Shown piece after piece: positions 47,280-57,574 of a stretch of 64,000 nt of DNA. The stretch is taken from the NCBI GenBank assembly GCA_025453395.1, contig JALOQK010000003.1, forward strand, positions 82,711 to 146,710. The letters run 5' to 3'. Below the pieces are notes generated by a model that saw nothing but the letters and a program-made list of their open reading frames with translations, had not been told where the DNA came from and did not search any database. A program made the translations under genes and the position numbers. This DNA comes from Candidatus Omnitrophota bacterium (GTDB lineage Bacteria; Omnitrophota; Gorgyraeia; Gygaellales; Profunditerraquicolaceae). Positions within the stretch are counted from its first letter, which is position 1; every line of letters starts with the position of its first letter.

Positions 47280-48161
47280 ATGAAAATAAGAAATGCTTAT
47301 ATTTTACCTTTGATAATTGCTTGTTTACTGTTTTTGACAGGTTGCCATAAAGAAACCAAGGTTAAAAACGGCAATGGCGATGTCTATCCGGTTAAAGTAA
47401 GTAAAGTCCAGCTTCGTGATTTAGATGATATTATTGAATATGTGGGCAATGTTAAGGCGCAAGATGAGGCAGTGGTGTATCCTAAGGCAGCAGGTAAGAT
47501 CATTAAGAAGCTTAAGCAGGAGGGCGATATTGTGGCTAAGGCAGAGCCGATCCTTTTGATTGACCGCGATGAGGTGGGGTTGAAATTTGAGAATTCTCCG
47601 GTAGAAAGCCCCATCGACGGGGTAGTAGGCAGGGTATATGTGGACATAGGAGAAAATGTAAGCGCTCAAAGCAAGGTTGCCCTGGTGGTTAATATGGATA
47701 CGGTAAAAATTAATTTAGACATTCCAGAAAAATATCTTTCTAAGATTTCTTTGGGGCAGGAAGCAAAAGTTGGCGTGGATGCCTATCCTAAAGAGGAATT
47801 CCCCGGTAAAATTACCAAGATCAATCCGGTTGTGGATATTGCCAGCCGTTCCGCGCAGGTTGAAATAACCGTGGATAACCCGAAGCATTTCTTAAAGTCG
47901 GGGATGTTCGCTCGCGCCAGCCTTGTCTTGGAAAAACGTTCAAAGATAGTGGTCGTGATGAAGGAATCTGTTATCGGGAAAGGCCCGGATACCTATATTT
48001 ATACGGTCTCAAACGATACGGCATCTTTGAAAAAGGTTTCTTTGGGATTACGCTATGGGGCTTATTATGAGATTAAGAACGGGCTTTCTGCCGGTGATCA
48101 AGTAGTAGTCATGGGGCAGCAAAAACTATTTGAAGGCGCCAAAGTCAAAGTGGAGCAATAA
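47280..48161 (+). CDS. RND periplasmic adaptor (MFP) lipoprotein
   Basis: Lipobox LTGC, SPIDGVV, I.PVVD..SR, LKSGMFA, GLS.GD.VV..G. Confidence 0.9.
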   Translation: MKIRNAYILPLIIACLLFLTGCHKETKVKNGNGDVYPVKVSKVQLRDLDDIIEYVGNVKAQDEAVVYPKAAGKIIKKLKQEGDIVAKAEPILLIDRDEVGLKFENSPVESPIDGVVGRVYVDIGENVSAQSKVALVVNMDTVKINLDIPEKYLSKISLGQEAKVGVDAYPKEEFPGKITKINPVVDIASRSAQVEITVDNPKHFLKSGMFARASLVLEKRSKIVVVMKESVIGKGPDTYIYTVSNDTASLKKVSLGLRYGAYYEIKNGLSAGDQVVVMGQQKLFEGAKVKVEQ

Positions 48162-51100
48162 TGAAGCTTCCCGAATTCGGAGTAAAGCGTCCGGTTACCA
48201 ATTTAATGATTTTCTGCGCGATCTTGGTTTTGGCTTTTTACAGCTTAAGCCGTCTGGGTATCGATCTGTATCCAGAAATTGAGCCTCCCGTAGTAAGCGT
48301 TATTACTGCTTATCCCGGGGCCAGCCCTGGGGATGTAGAAATAAAAGTAACCGAAGTCTTGGAAAACCAGTTAGCCACTACTCCGGCTCTGGAGAAAATT
48401 ACTTCTACTTCCGCTGAGGGGATTTCTTTTATAAACTTGAAGTTTATTTGGGGCACAGACCTTGATGCTGCCTCCAATGATATTCGTGATCGTATTGAGC
48501 TTGCTAAGCGGCTCTTGCCTGATATCCCCGATGAAATGGATAATCCTTATATATTCAAGTTTAACTCCGCGAATATCCCGATCCTTTTTATGGGCGTTAC
48601 CGCCAAGGAATCTTACACCCAGTTGTATGATATGATTGACCAGAGGTTAGGCGATGCCTTACGCCAGCTGCCCGGGGTGGGGACAGTGCAAATTCAGGGC
48701 GGCGGCCTTAAAAGGCAGATTAATATTTGGGTAGACAGGCAGAGGCTTGAGGGGTACGGGTTTTCTATCCTGGAGATAAATAATGTTATCGCCAAAGAAA
48801 ATATAACTCAACCGGTGGGGAACCTTAAGACCGGGATGACCGATTACCTTATTCGTTTGCCGGGAGAATTTAAGAATCCGGAAGAGATCAATAACGTTAT
48901 TCTGGGGATGCGTTCTGGAAAGGCAGTTTATCTAAAGGATGTTGCGCGCGTGGAGGATGGTTTTCAGGAAACAGTCAACGTGGTCAGGTTTAATAAAGAG
49001 CCGGCGCTTATGATGATGGTTCAGAAACAAAGCGGGACAAATACCGTTGAGGTTACTGAAAGGGTAAAACAAAAGCTTGCCCAAATGCAAAAGGTCTTGC
49101 CCGCGGATGTTAAGATAAGCATTGTCTTTGATACCTCTAAGGATATTATTAGTTCCATTAATACCTTAACATCTTCTTTGTGGCAGGCGATTGTTTTGGT
49201 TATTTTGGTAGTTTGGTTTTTCTTGCGCCAAGCCTCTCCCAGCATGATTATCGCTTTAAGCATACCCTTCTCATTATTGATAAGCTTTATCTACATATTC
49301 TTGGCGGGCAAGACCATCAACGCTATCAGTTTGTCGTCTTTGGCGATTGCTTCGGGCATGGTTGTGGATAATGCCATAGTGGTAGTAGATAATATTCATA
49401 GGAAGATGGAAAGCGGGCAGCGTATCAAAGAGGCCGCTATCTTCGGGGCGCAGGAGATGTTCTTGCCGATTGTCGCCTCCACGCTTACCACAGTAGTTGT
49501 TTTTGTGCCCATGCTTTTTATCCCCGGAGTAGTTGGTATTATGTTCGGGGAGTTGGCAATAATTGTTATTGTGACGCTTGCGGCCAGTCTTTTTACCGCG
49601 TCGACCTTTACGCCGATGCTTTGTTCCAAATGGATGGCTAAAATTGATAAAGCCAAGAAAGGCTGGGTGCAGGGGTGGTATAACGCTTGGGAAAGAATAT
49701 TTTGTTCTTGGGAAGAGGCCTATTCTAAATCCCTTGCCTGGGCGCTTAAGCATAAGAAAATAGTCATATTGGGCTTTACGGCGATTTTTATTTCTTCGCT
49801 TTTTCTCACCTCTTTTGTAGGGAATGAATTTATCCCCAATGAAGACACGGGGGATGTGCGCTTGACGGTAAATCTTCCTATAGGAACCAGGTTTGAAGAG
49901 TCAGAAAAAGTAGCTTCTAAAATAGAAGACATGATTAAATCCGATGTTCCGGAGGCCAGGCTTTATTTTGCCCGCTGCGGGCAAATTCCCGGGCAGGCTC
50001 GCGCTTATGGCAATACTTCTGGAAGCCATGTGATTGTTGCCGGAGCAAAGCTTGTTTCCAAGACACAGCGCAAGCGTTCGGATACGCAAATCGCGAATTC
50101 TTTGCGCTCAAAAATAGAAAATATCCCCGGAGTAATGAAGATAGATATAACTACCGGCAATCCGATAGGGCGTTTAATTACTGGCACAGGGGGGAAAAGC
50201 ATCCAGGTTGAGATTTTAGGAAATTCTTTTGAAGACACAGATGCTTTAGCAGCTAAGATAAAGCTTATTATGGAAAAGATCAACGGGGCAGTAGACGTGA
50301 GCATCTCCCGTGAAGCTAACCGGCCGGAATTGCGCCTTACCATTGACAGGGAAAAAGCAAGCTTCTTGGGCCTTAATATGTACACCATTACCCAGACTTT
50401 AAATACATATCTGCAAGGGTACACTGCTTCGCGTTATCGCGAGAAGGGTGAAACCTATGATATCTACGTGCGCCTTGAGGAATCTTCCCGCAGTAAAATA
50501 GAAGATATTGAAAATTTATTCGTCGTATCTTCCTCGGGCGAGAAAATACGCTTTTCCAATTTTGCCACTGTCCAGGAGACCACCAGCCCTCAGGAAATAG
50601 AGCGGAAGAACAGGCAGCGCCTTGTCAGGGTAGAATGTAACGCCTTTGGCCGTTCAAGCGGGAAGATAGTAGAAGATGTGAAGACAGCCTTGCGTGATGT
50701 TGTCCTGCCCCAGGATGTGATGCTTAATATCGGAGGCGAGGCCGAAGAGCAGGCCAAGGCCTTTAGAGATATGGGCATTTTGCTGGCCTTGGGGATTATT
50801 TTGGTGTATATGGTAATGGCCGCGCAGTTTGAATCTTTGCTGCAGCCGTTTATTATCATGTTTGCCATTCCTTTTACTTTTACAGGGGTTATCTGGGGAT
50901 TTTTGCTGACAGGGGTTACCTTAAGCTTAATTAGCTATCTGGGGATAATTATGCTAATGGGTATCGTTGTGAATAACGCTATAGTTTTAATAAGCTATAT
51001 TAATATTTTGCGCGCAAGAGGCCACGGTATTCTAGAGGCAGTGACTATGTCCGGGAAAAGTAGATTACGTCCGGTATTGATGACTACCATTACTACCCTA

Positions 51101-51277
51101 GTGGGGTTGTTGCCTTTGGCTTTATCGCGAGGTGAAGGTTCAGAAACTTGGCAGCCATTAGGGGTAACTATGATCGGGGGTTTGACCGTTTCAACCTTGA
51201 TTACTTTATTATTTGTTCCTACATTGTATGCGGTTTTTGAAGTCCGCCGCATTAAAAAGGAAGTGCCAAATGGATAA
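48161..51277 (+). CDS. RND efflux permease (AcrB/AcrD/AcrF family)
   Basis: KRPV, YPGASP, GMVVDNAIVV, ASTLTT, AQFES, GIVVNNAI, RLRPVLMTT. Confidence 0.95.
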   Translation: MKLPEFGVKRPVTNLMIFCAILVLAFYSLSRLGIDLYPEIEPPVVSVITAYPGASPGDVEIKVTEVLENQLATTPALEKITSTSAEGISFINLKFIWGTDLDAASNDIRDRIELAKRLLPDIPDEMDNPYIFKFNSANIPILFMGVTAKESYTQLYDMIDQRLGDALRQLPGVGTVQIQGGGLKRQINIWVDRQRLEGYGFSILEINNVIAKENITQPVGNLKTGMTDYLIRLPGEFKNPEEINNVILGMRSGKAVYLKDVARVEDGFQETVNVVRFNKEPALMMMVQKQSGTNTVEVTERVKQKLAQMQKVLPADVKISIVFDTSKDIISSINTLTSSLWQAIVLVILVVWFFLRQASPSMIIALSIPFSLLISFIYIFLAGKTINAISLSSLAIASGMVVDNAIVVVDNIHRKMESGQRIKEAAIFGAQEMFLPIVASTLTTVVVFVPMLFIPGVVGIMFGELAIIVIVTLAASLFTASTFTPMLCSKWMAKIDKAKKGWVQGWYNAWERIFCSWEEAYSKSLAWALKHKKIVILGFTAIFISSLFLTSFVGNEFIPNEDTGDVRLTVNLPIGTRFEESEKVASKIEDMIKSDVPEARLYFARCGQIPGQARAYGNTSGSHVIVAGAKLVSKTQRKRSDTQIANSLRSKIENIPGVMKIDITTGNPIGRLITGTGGKSIQVEILGNSFEDTDALAAKIKLIMEKINGAVDVSISREANRPELRLTIDREKASFLGLNMYTITQTLNTYLQGYTASRYREKGETYDIYVRLEESSRSKIEDIENLFVVSSSGEKIRFSNFATVQETTSPQEIERKNRQRLVRVECNAFGRSSGKIVEDVKTALRDVVLPQDVMLNIGGEAEEQAKAFRDMGILLALGIILVYMVMAAQFESLLQPFIIMFAIPFTFTGVIWGFLLTGVTLSLISYLGIIMLMGIVVNNAIVLISYINILRARGHGILEAVTMSGKSRLRPVLMTTITTLVGLLPLALSRGEGSETWQPLGVTMIGGLTVSTLITLLFVPTLYAVFEVRRIKKEVPNG

Positions 51278-51563
51278 AATGATTATGATCATCTATAACG
51301 AAGCCATAGACATTGAAGTTATGGAGGTTTTAGAAAAGTGCGCGGTAAAAAGTTATACTAAGGTTCCGGGGGTCTTTGGCGCAGGAGAAAAATCCGGCAT
51401 ACATTTAGGCGATGATATCTGGCCGGGAAGGAACAATTTGCTTTTTGCTGCGGTAAACGCCATCCAGTCGGCAAAGGTTTTGGAAGAAATAAGAAAGTTA
51501 CGAATAAGTTTAGCCCATGAAGGGGTTAAGGCGTTTGTTATGCCAATTGAATCCTTCACATAA
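51270..51563 (+). CDS. P-II-like transporter-associated protein (PG0541 type)
   Basis: YT....V.G.G..SG.HLG..IWPG.N; ATG 51270 overlaps the end of the RND gene. Confidence 0.75.
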   Translation: MDKMIMIIYNEAIDIEVMEVLEKCAVKSYTKVPGVFGAGEKSGIHLGDDIWPGRNNLLFAAVNAIQSAKVLEEIRKLRISLAHEGVKAFVMPIESFT

Positions 51564-51565
51564 TC

Positions 51566-52228
51566 TTAGCTGGGGCTAAAGATGTAGCCTTTTGCATAAA
51601 CACTTCTTATATACCTGTTTCCGATCTTTTTGCGCAAGGCATTGATGTGCACGTCTACTGTGCGGGTGTCTTGCGCGCTGTGGTATCCCCAAACCTGCTG
51701 CAAAAGTTCTTCCCGGGAAACCACCTTGTCTTTATTGGAGATTAAAAAGCGCAGGATCTTCAATTCCAATAGTGAAAGCGCAAGCTTCCTTTTTTTCTTC
51801 ACAGCAAGGCATCTTCGAAAGTCTATTTCCAGCGCGCCATCTTTATACTCTACCGCAGTAGAAGCTTCTTTGCGCCGCAGAAGGGCTTTTATTCTGGCTT
51901 TTAACTCCTCCAGGCTGAAGGGTTTAGTGATATAATCATCACTTCCCATTTCAAGCCCCTTGACTTTATCCGAGATCTGATCTTTTGCCGTGAGCATAAT
52001 AATACAAGCGTCAATGCCGTTTTCTTTTAGTTTCCGGCATAACAAGAAGCCGTCTGCGTCAGGCAGGATTATATCCAGCAAAATAAGATCCACTTCTTGG
52101 GATTGGGCTATATTTAAGCCTTCTTTTCCGGTTGAAGCGCTTAATACAGTATATTCTTTTTCCAGCTCGTCTTTTAATCCCAGCATAATCGCCGGCTCGT
52201 CTTCTATTATCAATATCTTGTTAGGCAT
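51566..52228 (-). CDS. OmpR/PhoB-family response regulator
   Basis: IIEDE, LLDIILP, MLTA, DDYITKPF, SREELL..VWG, RTVDVHI..LRKK. Confidence 0.95.
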   Translation of the reverse strand: MPNKILIIEDEPAIMLGLKDELEKEYTVLSASTGKEGLNIAQSQEVDLILLDIILPDADGFLLCRKLKENGIDACIIMLTAKDQISDKVKGLEMGSDDYITKPFSLEELKARIKALLRRKEASTAVEYKDGALEIDFRRCLAVKKKRKLALSLLELKILRFLISNKDKVVSREELLQQVWGYHSAQDTRTVDVHINALRKKIGNRYIRSVYAKGYIFSPS

Positions 52229-52242
52229 AAACTTTCAATTTT

Positions 52243-53187
52243 TTAGGGTATGGTTATGGTGAATTTTACCCCTCGCGGGATTTGATTTTCTACCGTAATT
52301 TCTCCATGGTTTTTTTCTATGAAATTCTTGGCTAAGGTTAACCCCAGGCCGGTGCCTTTGCCTTTGTGGTAAAACGGGTCAAATATTTTCTTCTGCTCAT
52401 CTTTTGGTATTCCATCTCCCTGGTCGATAATCTCTATTGTTGCGCCCTGTCCTTGGGCGGACAAATTAATAGTTATTTTACCCGATGCGGGTGAAAATTT
52501 CAGGGCGTTGTCCAATATATTGATAAATGCGCGGGTAAATGATTCTTTGTCCAGCTTGATCTTATGCCCTATGTCTTTGAAGTTTATTTCCAGGCGGCAA
52601 TCAGGGCGGATTAAAGACGCGGGGTATTCCTGGATAGCTTTTTGCGTTAACTGGCCAATGTCTGTTTCTTCAAAACACAAATTTTCTTTTTTGTTTTCCG
52701 CCTTAGAAAAGTCCAAGATATTGCTGATTAGGCTGCTCAAATAATAGCTTTGCTGCAGGATGTGCAAGTGGTATTGGCTTTGTTTATCCGCTTCTTGAGG
52801 ATTATTCACCAGCCTTTCTGCTAAAAGCCGTATTGCGGTTAAGGGTGTTTTTAATTCGTGGGAAACGGTGGAAACGAAGTTGTTTTTCAGCTTTGATATT
52901 TCCATCTGCCTTTGGATGTCTTGAGAGCTTAAATAGCTTCCCGTGGCCATGATAAGGACCAGGGCAAAAATGATGAGCGAGAAAGCCAGGGTGCTTATTT
53001 TGGTATAGGAACCGATATTTTCTCTTATAAAAAACGCTTTTCCGGACTCGTTTAGGACATAGGAAATTATCTGGTATTGACGGGTGAGCATCCAGAGGGC
53101 GATTACCCCCAGGATGACGCTTGAGGCAACTACAATATAAGCGTAAATTTCTATGCGTTTATTGTTTATAAAGTCAACTTTGCCCAT
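52243..53187 (-). CDS. Sensor histidine kinase with two TMs and a very short extracytoplasmic loop
   Basis: SHELKTPLT, NILDNALKF, DQGDGI, IFDPF, GTGLGL. Confidence 0.93.
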   Translation of the reverse strand: MGKVDFINNKRIEIYAYIVVASSVILGVIALWMLTRQYQIISYVLNESGKAFFIRENIGSYTKISTLAFSLIIFALVLIMATGSYLSSQDIQRQMEISKLKNNFVSTVSHELKTPLTAIRLLAERLVNNPQEADKQSQYHLHILQQSYYLSSLISNILDFSKAENKKENLCFEETDIGQLTQKAIQEYPASLIRPDCRLEINFKDIGHKIKLDKESFTRAFINILDNALKFSPASGKITINLSAQGQGATIEIIDQGDGIPKDEQKKIFDPFYHKGKGTGLGLTLAKNFIEKNHGEITVENQIPRGVKFTITIP

Positions 53188-53217
53188 TAAAGTAAATCTA
53201 ACACAGCAGCCCTAAGA

Positions 53218-53298
53218 TGTAAAGGGAATTTAGGATTGTAAGGGAAATGTAAAATCAGCTTAAAAGGTATTGCAATTGTCTTTGGAAAGAGGTATATT
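53218..53298 (+). promoter_or_regulatory. 11-bp-spaced TGTAA direct repeats plus promoter for the pilin-like operon
   Basis: TGTAA at 53218, 53237 and 53248, CTTAA at 53259; TTGCAA (53270-75), 17 bp, TATATT (53293-98). Confidence 0.55.
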
Positions 53299-53317
53299 TT
53301 GTATAAGGAGAATTATC

Positions 53318-56300
53318 ATGGAAAAGATTACCGGGAATAAAGGGATGGTTCTTATTGTTTCTCTTTTCTTGGCCATTGTAATCGCTACCATGGCTGGCAT
53401 ATTATATTTTCGCGCGGTTAACGAATCGCGTTTGTCAGTAATAAGCGACGCGGCGCTTCAGGCTTTTTACGAAGCAGAGGCGGGACTGGCTTTTGCTTAT
53501 GCCGCGGAAAAAAAGAGCAATTTTACCTGGTTTACCCACGCAGATAAGATTACAAAGGCAAGCGCAGTTTCGGTTCCTTCTGGCGTTCCGGGCGCAATTG
53601 ATAACTCAAGCGGTTGTTATGTTGTATCAGGGCGTAATTTTAAAGTCAAAACTTTCCCAGAGAAAAAAGGTACTGTTGAAACCGGAATTGTGGTTGTGCT
53701 GTCACAGGCTACTATTAACGGGGTTACCCGTACTTTAGAGCATCGCATTGGCCAGAAATCCGCTTATCAATATTTTTTCTTCTTTCCTGAAGACCACACC
53801 TTTGATACCGCCACTTACGACGGACGCAACTTTGGCGGGCTTCATGTGAATGGCGATATCAACCTTATCAACCATCCGACCTTTGCTTTCTTAACTGAAT
53901 TAAGCAGCGGTTCAAATACTTCCCATAAAGGCTATATCCGAAGGCCGCTTTTAGAGGCCTTTACAGCTTTAAGCGGCAACAAGGATTATAATATTTCAGC
54001 TTCTAGCGTCCAAGGGCTTCCATGGCAGCTTTATACAAATATTAACTATCGCACTTCAAACGGAGATATCGGTTCAGGAACATATACTACTTTTAAGATT
54101 GGCGATATCAACAGCCCCGCAACAATAAATATCCCAGAATATATGGGCGGGCAGTGGTCATTTGATAAATATACCAAGGCGGGTTCGCCCACAACTTATA
54201 ATATTACGGAAACCTCTTTGAAGAATGCCGGATTGCGAGAGATTACTTCTTCCGCAGGAGATGTTTCCTTGTTTGATAATAACAAATCTATCAATATCAA
54301 CTTTGGGGGTTCACCAGAAAGCCTTACTGAGAAAGAAATGTTTAAGAGGATATACAACCTTCCGGATGATCAGCAAACCAGTTATTGGAGCCAATATTGG
54401 GATCAGTGGAAAGTCAATCATAATTCCGATTATTCAGCTTATCATACTTCTGGAGTGTTAACAGCGGGAGATGATTGGAAAAGAAGATTATTTTGGGCAA
54501 CTTATGACTGGAAAGATTACAATTCTGACGGTATCCCTTACGGAATAAACCGGGAGTGGTGGGAAGATTTAAGTTATGGAGACGATTATTACGATTATGG
54601 CCCTAATGGCACATCCCCGGCCTGCGTGGTAGACCACGACACAGGATTGTCATTAGATAAATATTTCTTGAACACAGAAGAACAGGGTACGCAATGGAAA
54701 AATTTGTTAGATGCAAACAACCTTGATGAGGCCGCAGATAATAAAACCCTTGTTTTAGACAGAAGCCAGGGCGGCAAAGAAATCAATGCCGGGGATATCA
54801 TTAGCAATTATGATACTTCAAGTTATAGTGTTTTAGAAGGCCAAGCGCGCAACAGCGGGATTTATATGGGGGTTAAGACTGATCAGGCCTATAAGGATTG
54901 GCAGATTTTGGCTGTGACTGCCAGCATGAAGGCAAATTCTGCGCTTGATAAAGCGAATGCCAAATTTTCTGAATGCACGGTAAAATATAATCAGACCGCA
55001 TGTTCTTCAACTTCCGGAGGCTCAACATCAGCAGAAGCCGTTGCTTGTTGGTCAGATTATAGCGGCCTATACCAAAAATATACTCAAGCTTATGGCGAAT
55101 ACACGCAAGTTATGCAGGATAAGCCTCCTACTGTTTGGTGGGAAGGTAAAAATTCAAATCTTCTTAAGGATTGCGTTTCTGAAACTCCGTTTTATAACGC
55201 GCAAAACCCTGCCCGGGGCAGCGATGGGAAATATTCTCCCAGCCATATCCTTACCATTGATTTAGCTAAGCTTAAAAGCAATATTGACCAGAAAGGTTCG
55301 GGTTTTAACGGGATCATCTATATAGATTTGGACGCTTACCAATGGCAAGAGAATACTGTGGATGACGGAACTAAAGTTTCAGATGAAAAGAGCGCTATTG
55401 GAGTAATGTTTGTTAATGGAGAGCGCCTTCCGGATCAGGGTTTAAGCATAGTTACTAAGCATAATGTTTACGTTAAGGGGGATTTTAACCTTGACCCGGA
55501 TGGAGATTCTAGCCGTAACCGCGCTGCCGACCCCTCAAATGTTTTAAATACCGTTGCGAATAATAAAGGCCTTGATGTTGATGATTTTAAATGGCGCCCA
55601 GCGGAAATAATCACCTACAGGCAGGTATACTTTCTATCGAATGATTTCAATCTGCCAAAAACCATGCCTTTATTGGATACACAATATGGGCAATTTTACG
55701 ATGAATATTATAATAAGACTCGAGCGGATGTGGTTACGCATCCTTTATATGGCGCACCGGATACTGCCACAAGCGCTTCTGCCAGTTGGATGCCTGCGTA
55801 TAATAGCTCGGATTCTTCATGGGGGAAGATAAATGATTGGTTTTCTCTTACCGGGATAACCCCCCCAGCTTCATGGGATGTAAACTGGCTTGATGGCAAT
55901 CAGCTGAACCAGATGGATTCCACCCCGGATTTGTTAACTGGCGTAAACGGGAAACAATACCCCAAATGGGATAATTACAGCTGGAGTGATTCTTATGTCT
56001 ATAAATTAGACGATGGCTCAGGCGGGACAACATATATCATGCGTCAGGATTTAAAGTATCAACTTTATAGCAAAGTACTGAGTGCCTATAGAAATCAATA
56101 CGCTTACAATGTTAGTAACTCGCCCGCGGCATACCAGATGGTTGATGTTGTGACCCGCCCGGAAAGCTATATTTACAATACGGCAGTGATTACTCCCTAT
56201 GCCCCAGAGGGGTATAGTTTAGAGCGCTGGAACAATAAGAATCGCGTGATTAACGGCGCGTTTATTCAGCTGCCTTCAGGTATGCAACTTCCCGTTCCCG

Positions 56301-56476
56301 TTGAATCTTATAAGGATACTGGTTCCGGAGCAATAAGGTTTAACCAGCCCAAGAAAACATTTAATTATGAGTCTCGCTTTGGTAAAAACGGGGATCCTTC
56401 TGATCAGCCCCACGCAAGGTTATTATTTGGCATGGATTCAACATGGAGGGAAATAAATAATGCCGCGTTTCAATAA
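53318..56476 (+). CDS. Large PilX-like minor pilin with a ~1000-aa extracellular domain
   Basis: KG|MVLIV hydrophobic helix without Glu5, QAFYEAEAGL, LHVNGDI, NVYVKGDFN, LERW; SD AAGGAG before ATG 53318. Confidence 0.75.
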   Translation: MEKITGNKGMVLIVSLFLAIVIATMAGILYFRAVNESRLSVISDAALQAFYEAEAGLAFAYAAEKKSNFTWFTHADKITKASAVSVPSGVPGAIDNSSGCYVVSGRNFKVKTFPEKKGTVETGIVVVLSQATINGVTRTLEHRIGQKSAYQYFFFFPEDHTFDTATYDGRNFGGLHVNGDINLINHPTFAFLTELSSGSNTSHKGYIRRPLLEAFTALSGNKDYNISASSVQGLPWQLYTNINYRTSNGDIGSGTYTTFKIGDINSPATINIPEYMGGQWSFDKYTKAGSPTTYNITETSLKNAGLREITSSAGDVSLFDNNKSININFGGSPESLTEKEMFKRIYNLPDDQQTSYWSQYWDQWKVNHNSDYSAYHTSGVLTAGDDWKRRLFWATYDWKDYNSDGIPYGINREWWEDLSYGDDYYDYGPNGTSPACVVDHDTGLSLDKYFLNTEEQGTQWKNLLDANNLDEAADNKTLVLDRSQGGKEINAGDIISNYDTSSYSVLEGQARNSGIYMGVKTDQAYKDWQILAVTASMKANSALDKANAKFSECTVKYNQTACSSTSGGSTSAEAVACWSDYSGLYQKYTQAYGEYTQVMQDKPPTVWWEGKNSNLLKDCVSETPFYNAQNPARGSDGKYSPSHILTIDLAKLKSNIDQKGSGFNGIIYIDLDAYQWQENTVDDGTKVSDEKSAIGVMFVNGERLPDQGLSIVTKHNVYVKGDFNLDPDGDSSRNRAADPSNVLNTVANNKGLDVDDFKWRPAEIITYRQVYFLSNDFNLPKTMPLLDTQYGQFYDEYYNKTRADVVTHPLYGAPDTATSASASWMPAYNSSDSSWGKINDWFSLTGITPPASWDVNWLDGNQLNQMDSTPDLLTGVNGKQYPKWDNYSWSDSYVYKLDDGSGGTTYIMRQDLKYQLYSKVLSAYRNQYAYNVSNSPAAYQMVDVVTRPESYIYNTAVITPYAPEGYSLERWNNKNRVINGAFIQLPSGMQLPVPVESYKDTGSGAIRFNQPKKTFNYESRFGKNGDPSDQPHARLLFGMDSTWREINNAAFQ

Positions 56477-56867
56477 GAATAAGGGTTTTAGTTTGATTGA
56501 AATCCTTGTTGCCTGCGTGATTATCGCGGCATCCGCAGGAGCTTTTATGCTGTCTTTAGGCCAGACAGCTAAGGCAACCGGAACATTTGATGATACCGAT
56601 ATAGCGCTTAATGCCGCCCAGTCTAAGATGGAAGAGGTCGGAAATGAAGATTTTAGCACCGATAATATAGCTAATATTATATCAGCATACAATAATAAAT
56701 ATTTCGCGGTATCCGGGCTTTCCGCGCCAAACAATTGGCCCAACCCAATACTTGTGACTATAAGCCAGATCAATAATGATTTATATGATGTTTTGGTTAA
56801 AGTAAGTTGGCAGGCCAGGGGAAGGACATATCTTAAGCAATTAAAAAGGACATTCGCTTTGAAATAA
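56460..56867 (+). CDS. Prepilin-type (PilV-like) minor pilin
   Basis: KG|FSLIE, A...AQ.KMEE, V.V.VSW. Confidence 0.85.
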   Translation: MPRFNKNKGFSLIEILVACVIIAASAGAFMLSLGQTAKATGTFDDTDIALNAAQSKMEEVGNEDFSTDNIANIISAYNNKYFAVSGLSAPNNWPNPILVTISQINNDLYDVLVKVSWQARGRTYLKQLKRTFALK

Positions 56868-56868
56868 T

Positions 56869-57486
56869 ATGAAGAATAAGGGGTTTACTTTAGTTGAAGT
56901 ATTTATTTCTGCGGGGATAATGTTATTGGTTGTTGGGACAGCCTATACTATTATCTTGACAGGAAATTTTTCTATGAACACGCAGGAAAACGAAATTAAT
57001 GCTCAAAATTCCGCGCAGCTTGCCTTATTTCAAATAGCCCAAGATTTACGCCTTGCAAGCGGAGTTAAGGTTTGGGTTTCTGACGGTTTTGGGACTACAC
57101 AGGGCACACCAGCAGTCGCCTATAAAGTAGTAAACTTTCAAATACCTGTGGGCAGCTTTGAGTCTGCGATAGCTCTGGATAGCAATAATTACATTTCTTG
57201 GGGCAGTGAAAGGCTAAGCTTAAGCGATGATGGCACGGGTAATTATATCGCTTATAGCCTCGATAACCAGGGCCAGATCATAAGGACAGTTTATAGCGCG
57301 TCTGGCACAGTCTATACCACTAAAAAGACAAGGATTGTGGCAAGGAACATTTCTAGCCTGAATTTCACGCGCAGCTTATCAGAAAATTTACTGCAGATTC
57401 AAATTACTTCTAATATTCTAGCCAGCAAGCAGTCCGCGCCCATACAAAAGACGGTGTCCACGACAGTATTATTAAGGAACGGTTAA
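56869..57486 (+). CDS. Prepilin-type (PilW-like) minor pilin
   Basis: KG|FTLVE, I.QDLR.A, VA.NI..L.F, C-terminal LRN. Confidence 0.85.
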   Translation: MKNKGFTLVEVFISAGIMLLVVGTAYTIILTGNFSMNTQENEINAQNSAQLALFQIAQDLRLASGVKVWVSDGFGTTQGTPAVAYKVVNFQIPVGSFESAIALDSNNYISWGSERLSLSDDGTGNYIAYSLDNQGQIIRTVYSASGTVYTTKKTRIVARNISSLNFTRSLSENLLQIQITSNILASKQSAPIQKTVSTTVLLRNG

Positions 57487-57531
57487 TCCAACCCTTTTAT
57501 AATCCTATACTTACATTCTAAACAAAATTGC

Positions 57532-57560
57532 TTGACAGGGTTGTTTTGTCTTTATATAAT
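57532..57560 (+). promoter_or_regulatory. Consensus sigma70 promoter of the type II PKS operon
   Basis: TTGACA (57532-37), 17 bp, TATAAT (57555-60). Confidence 0.8.
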
Positions 57561-57574
57561 AACGAGAAATTAGA

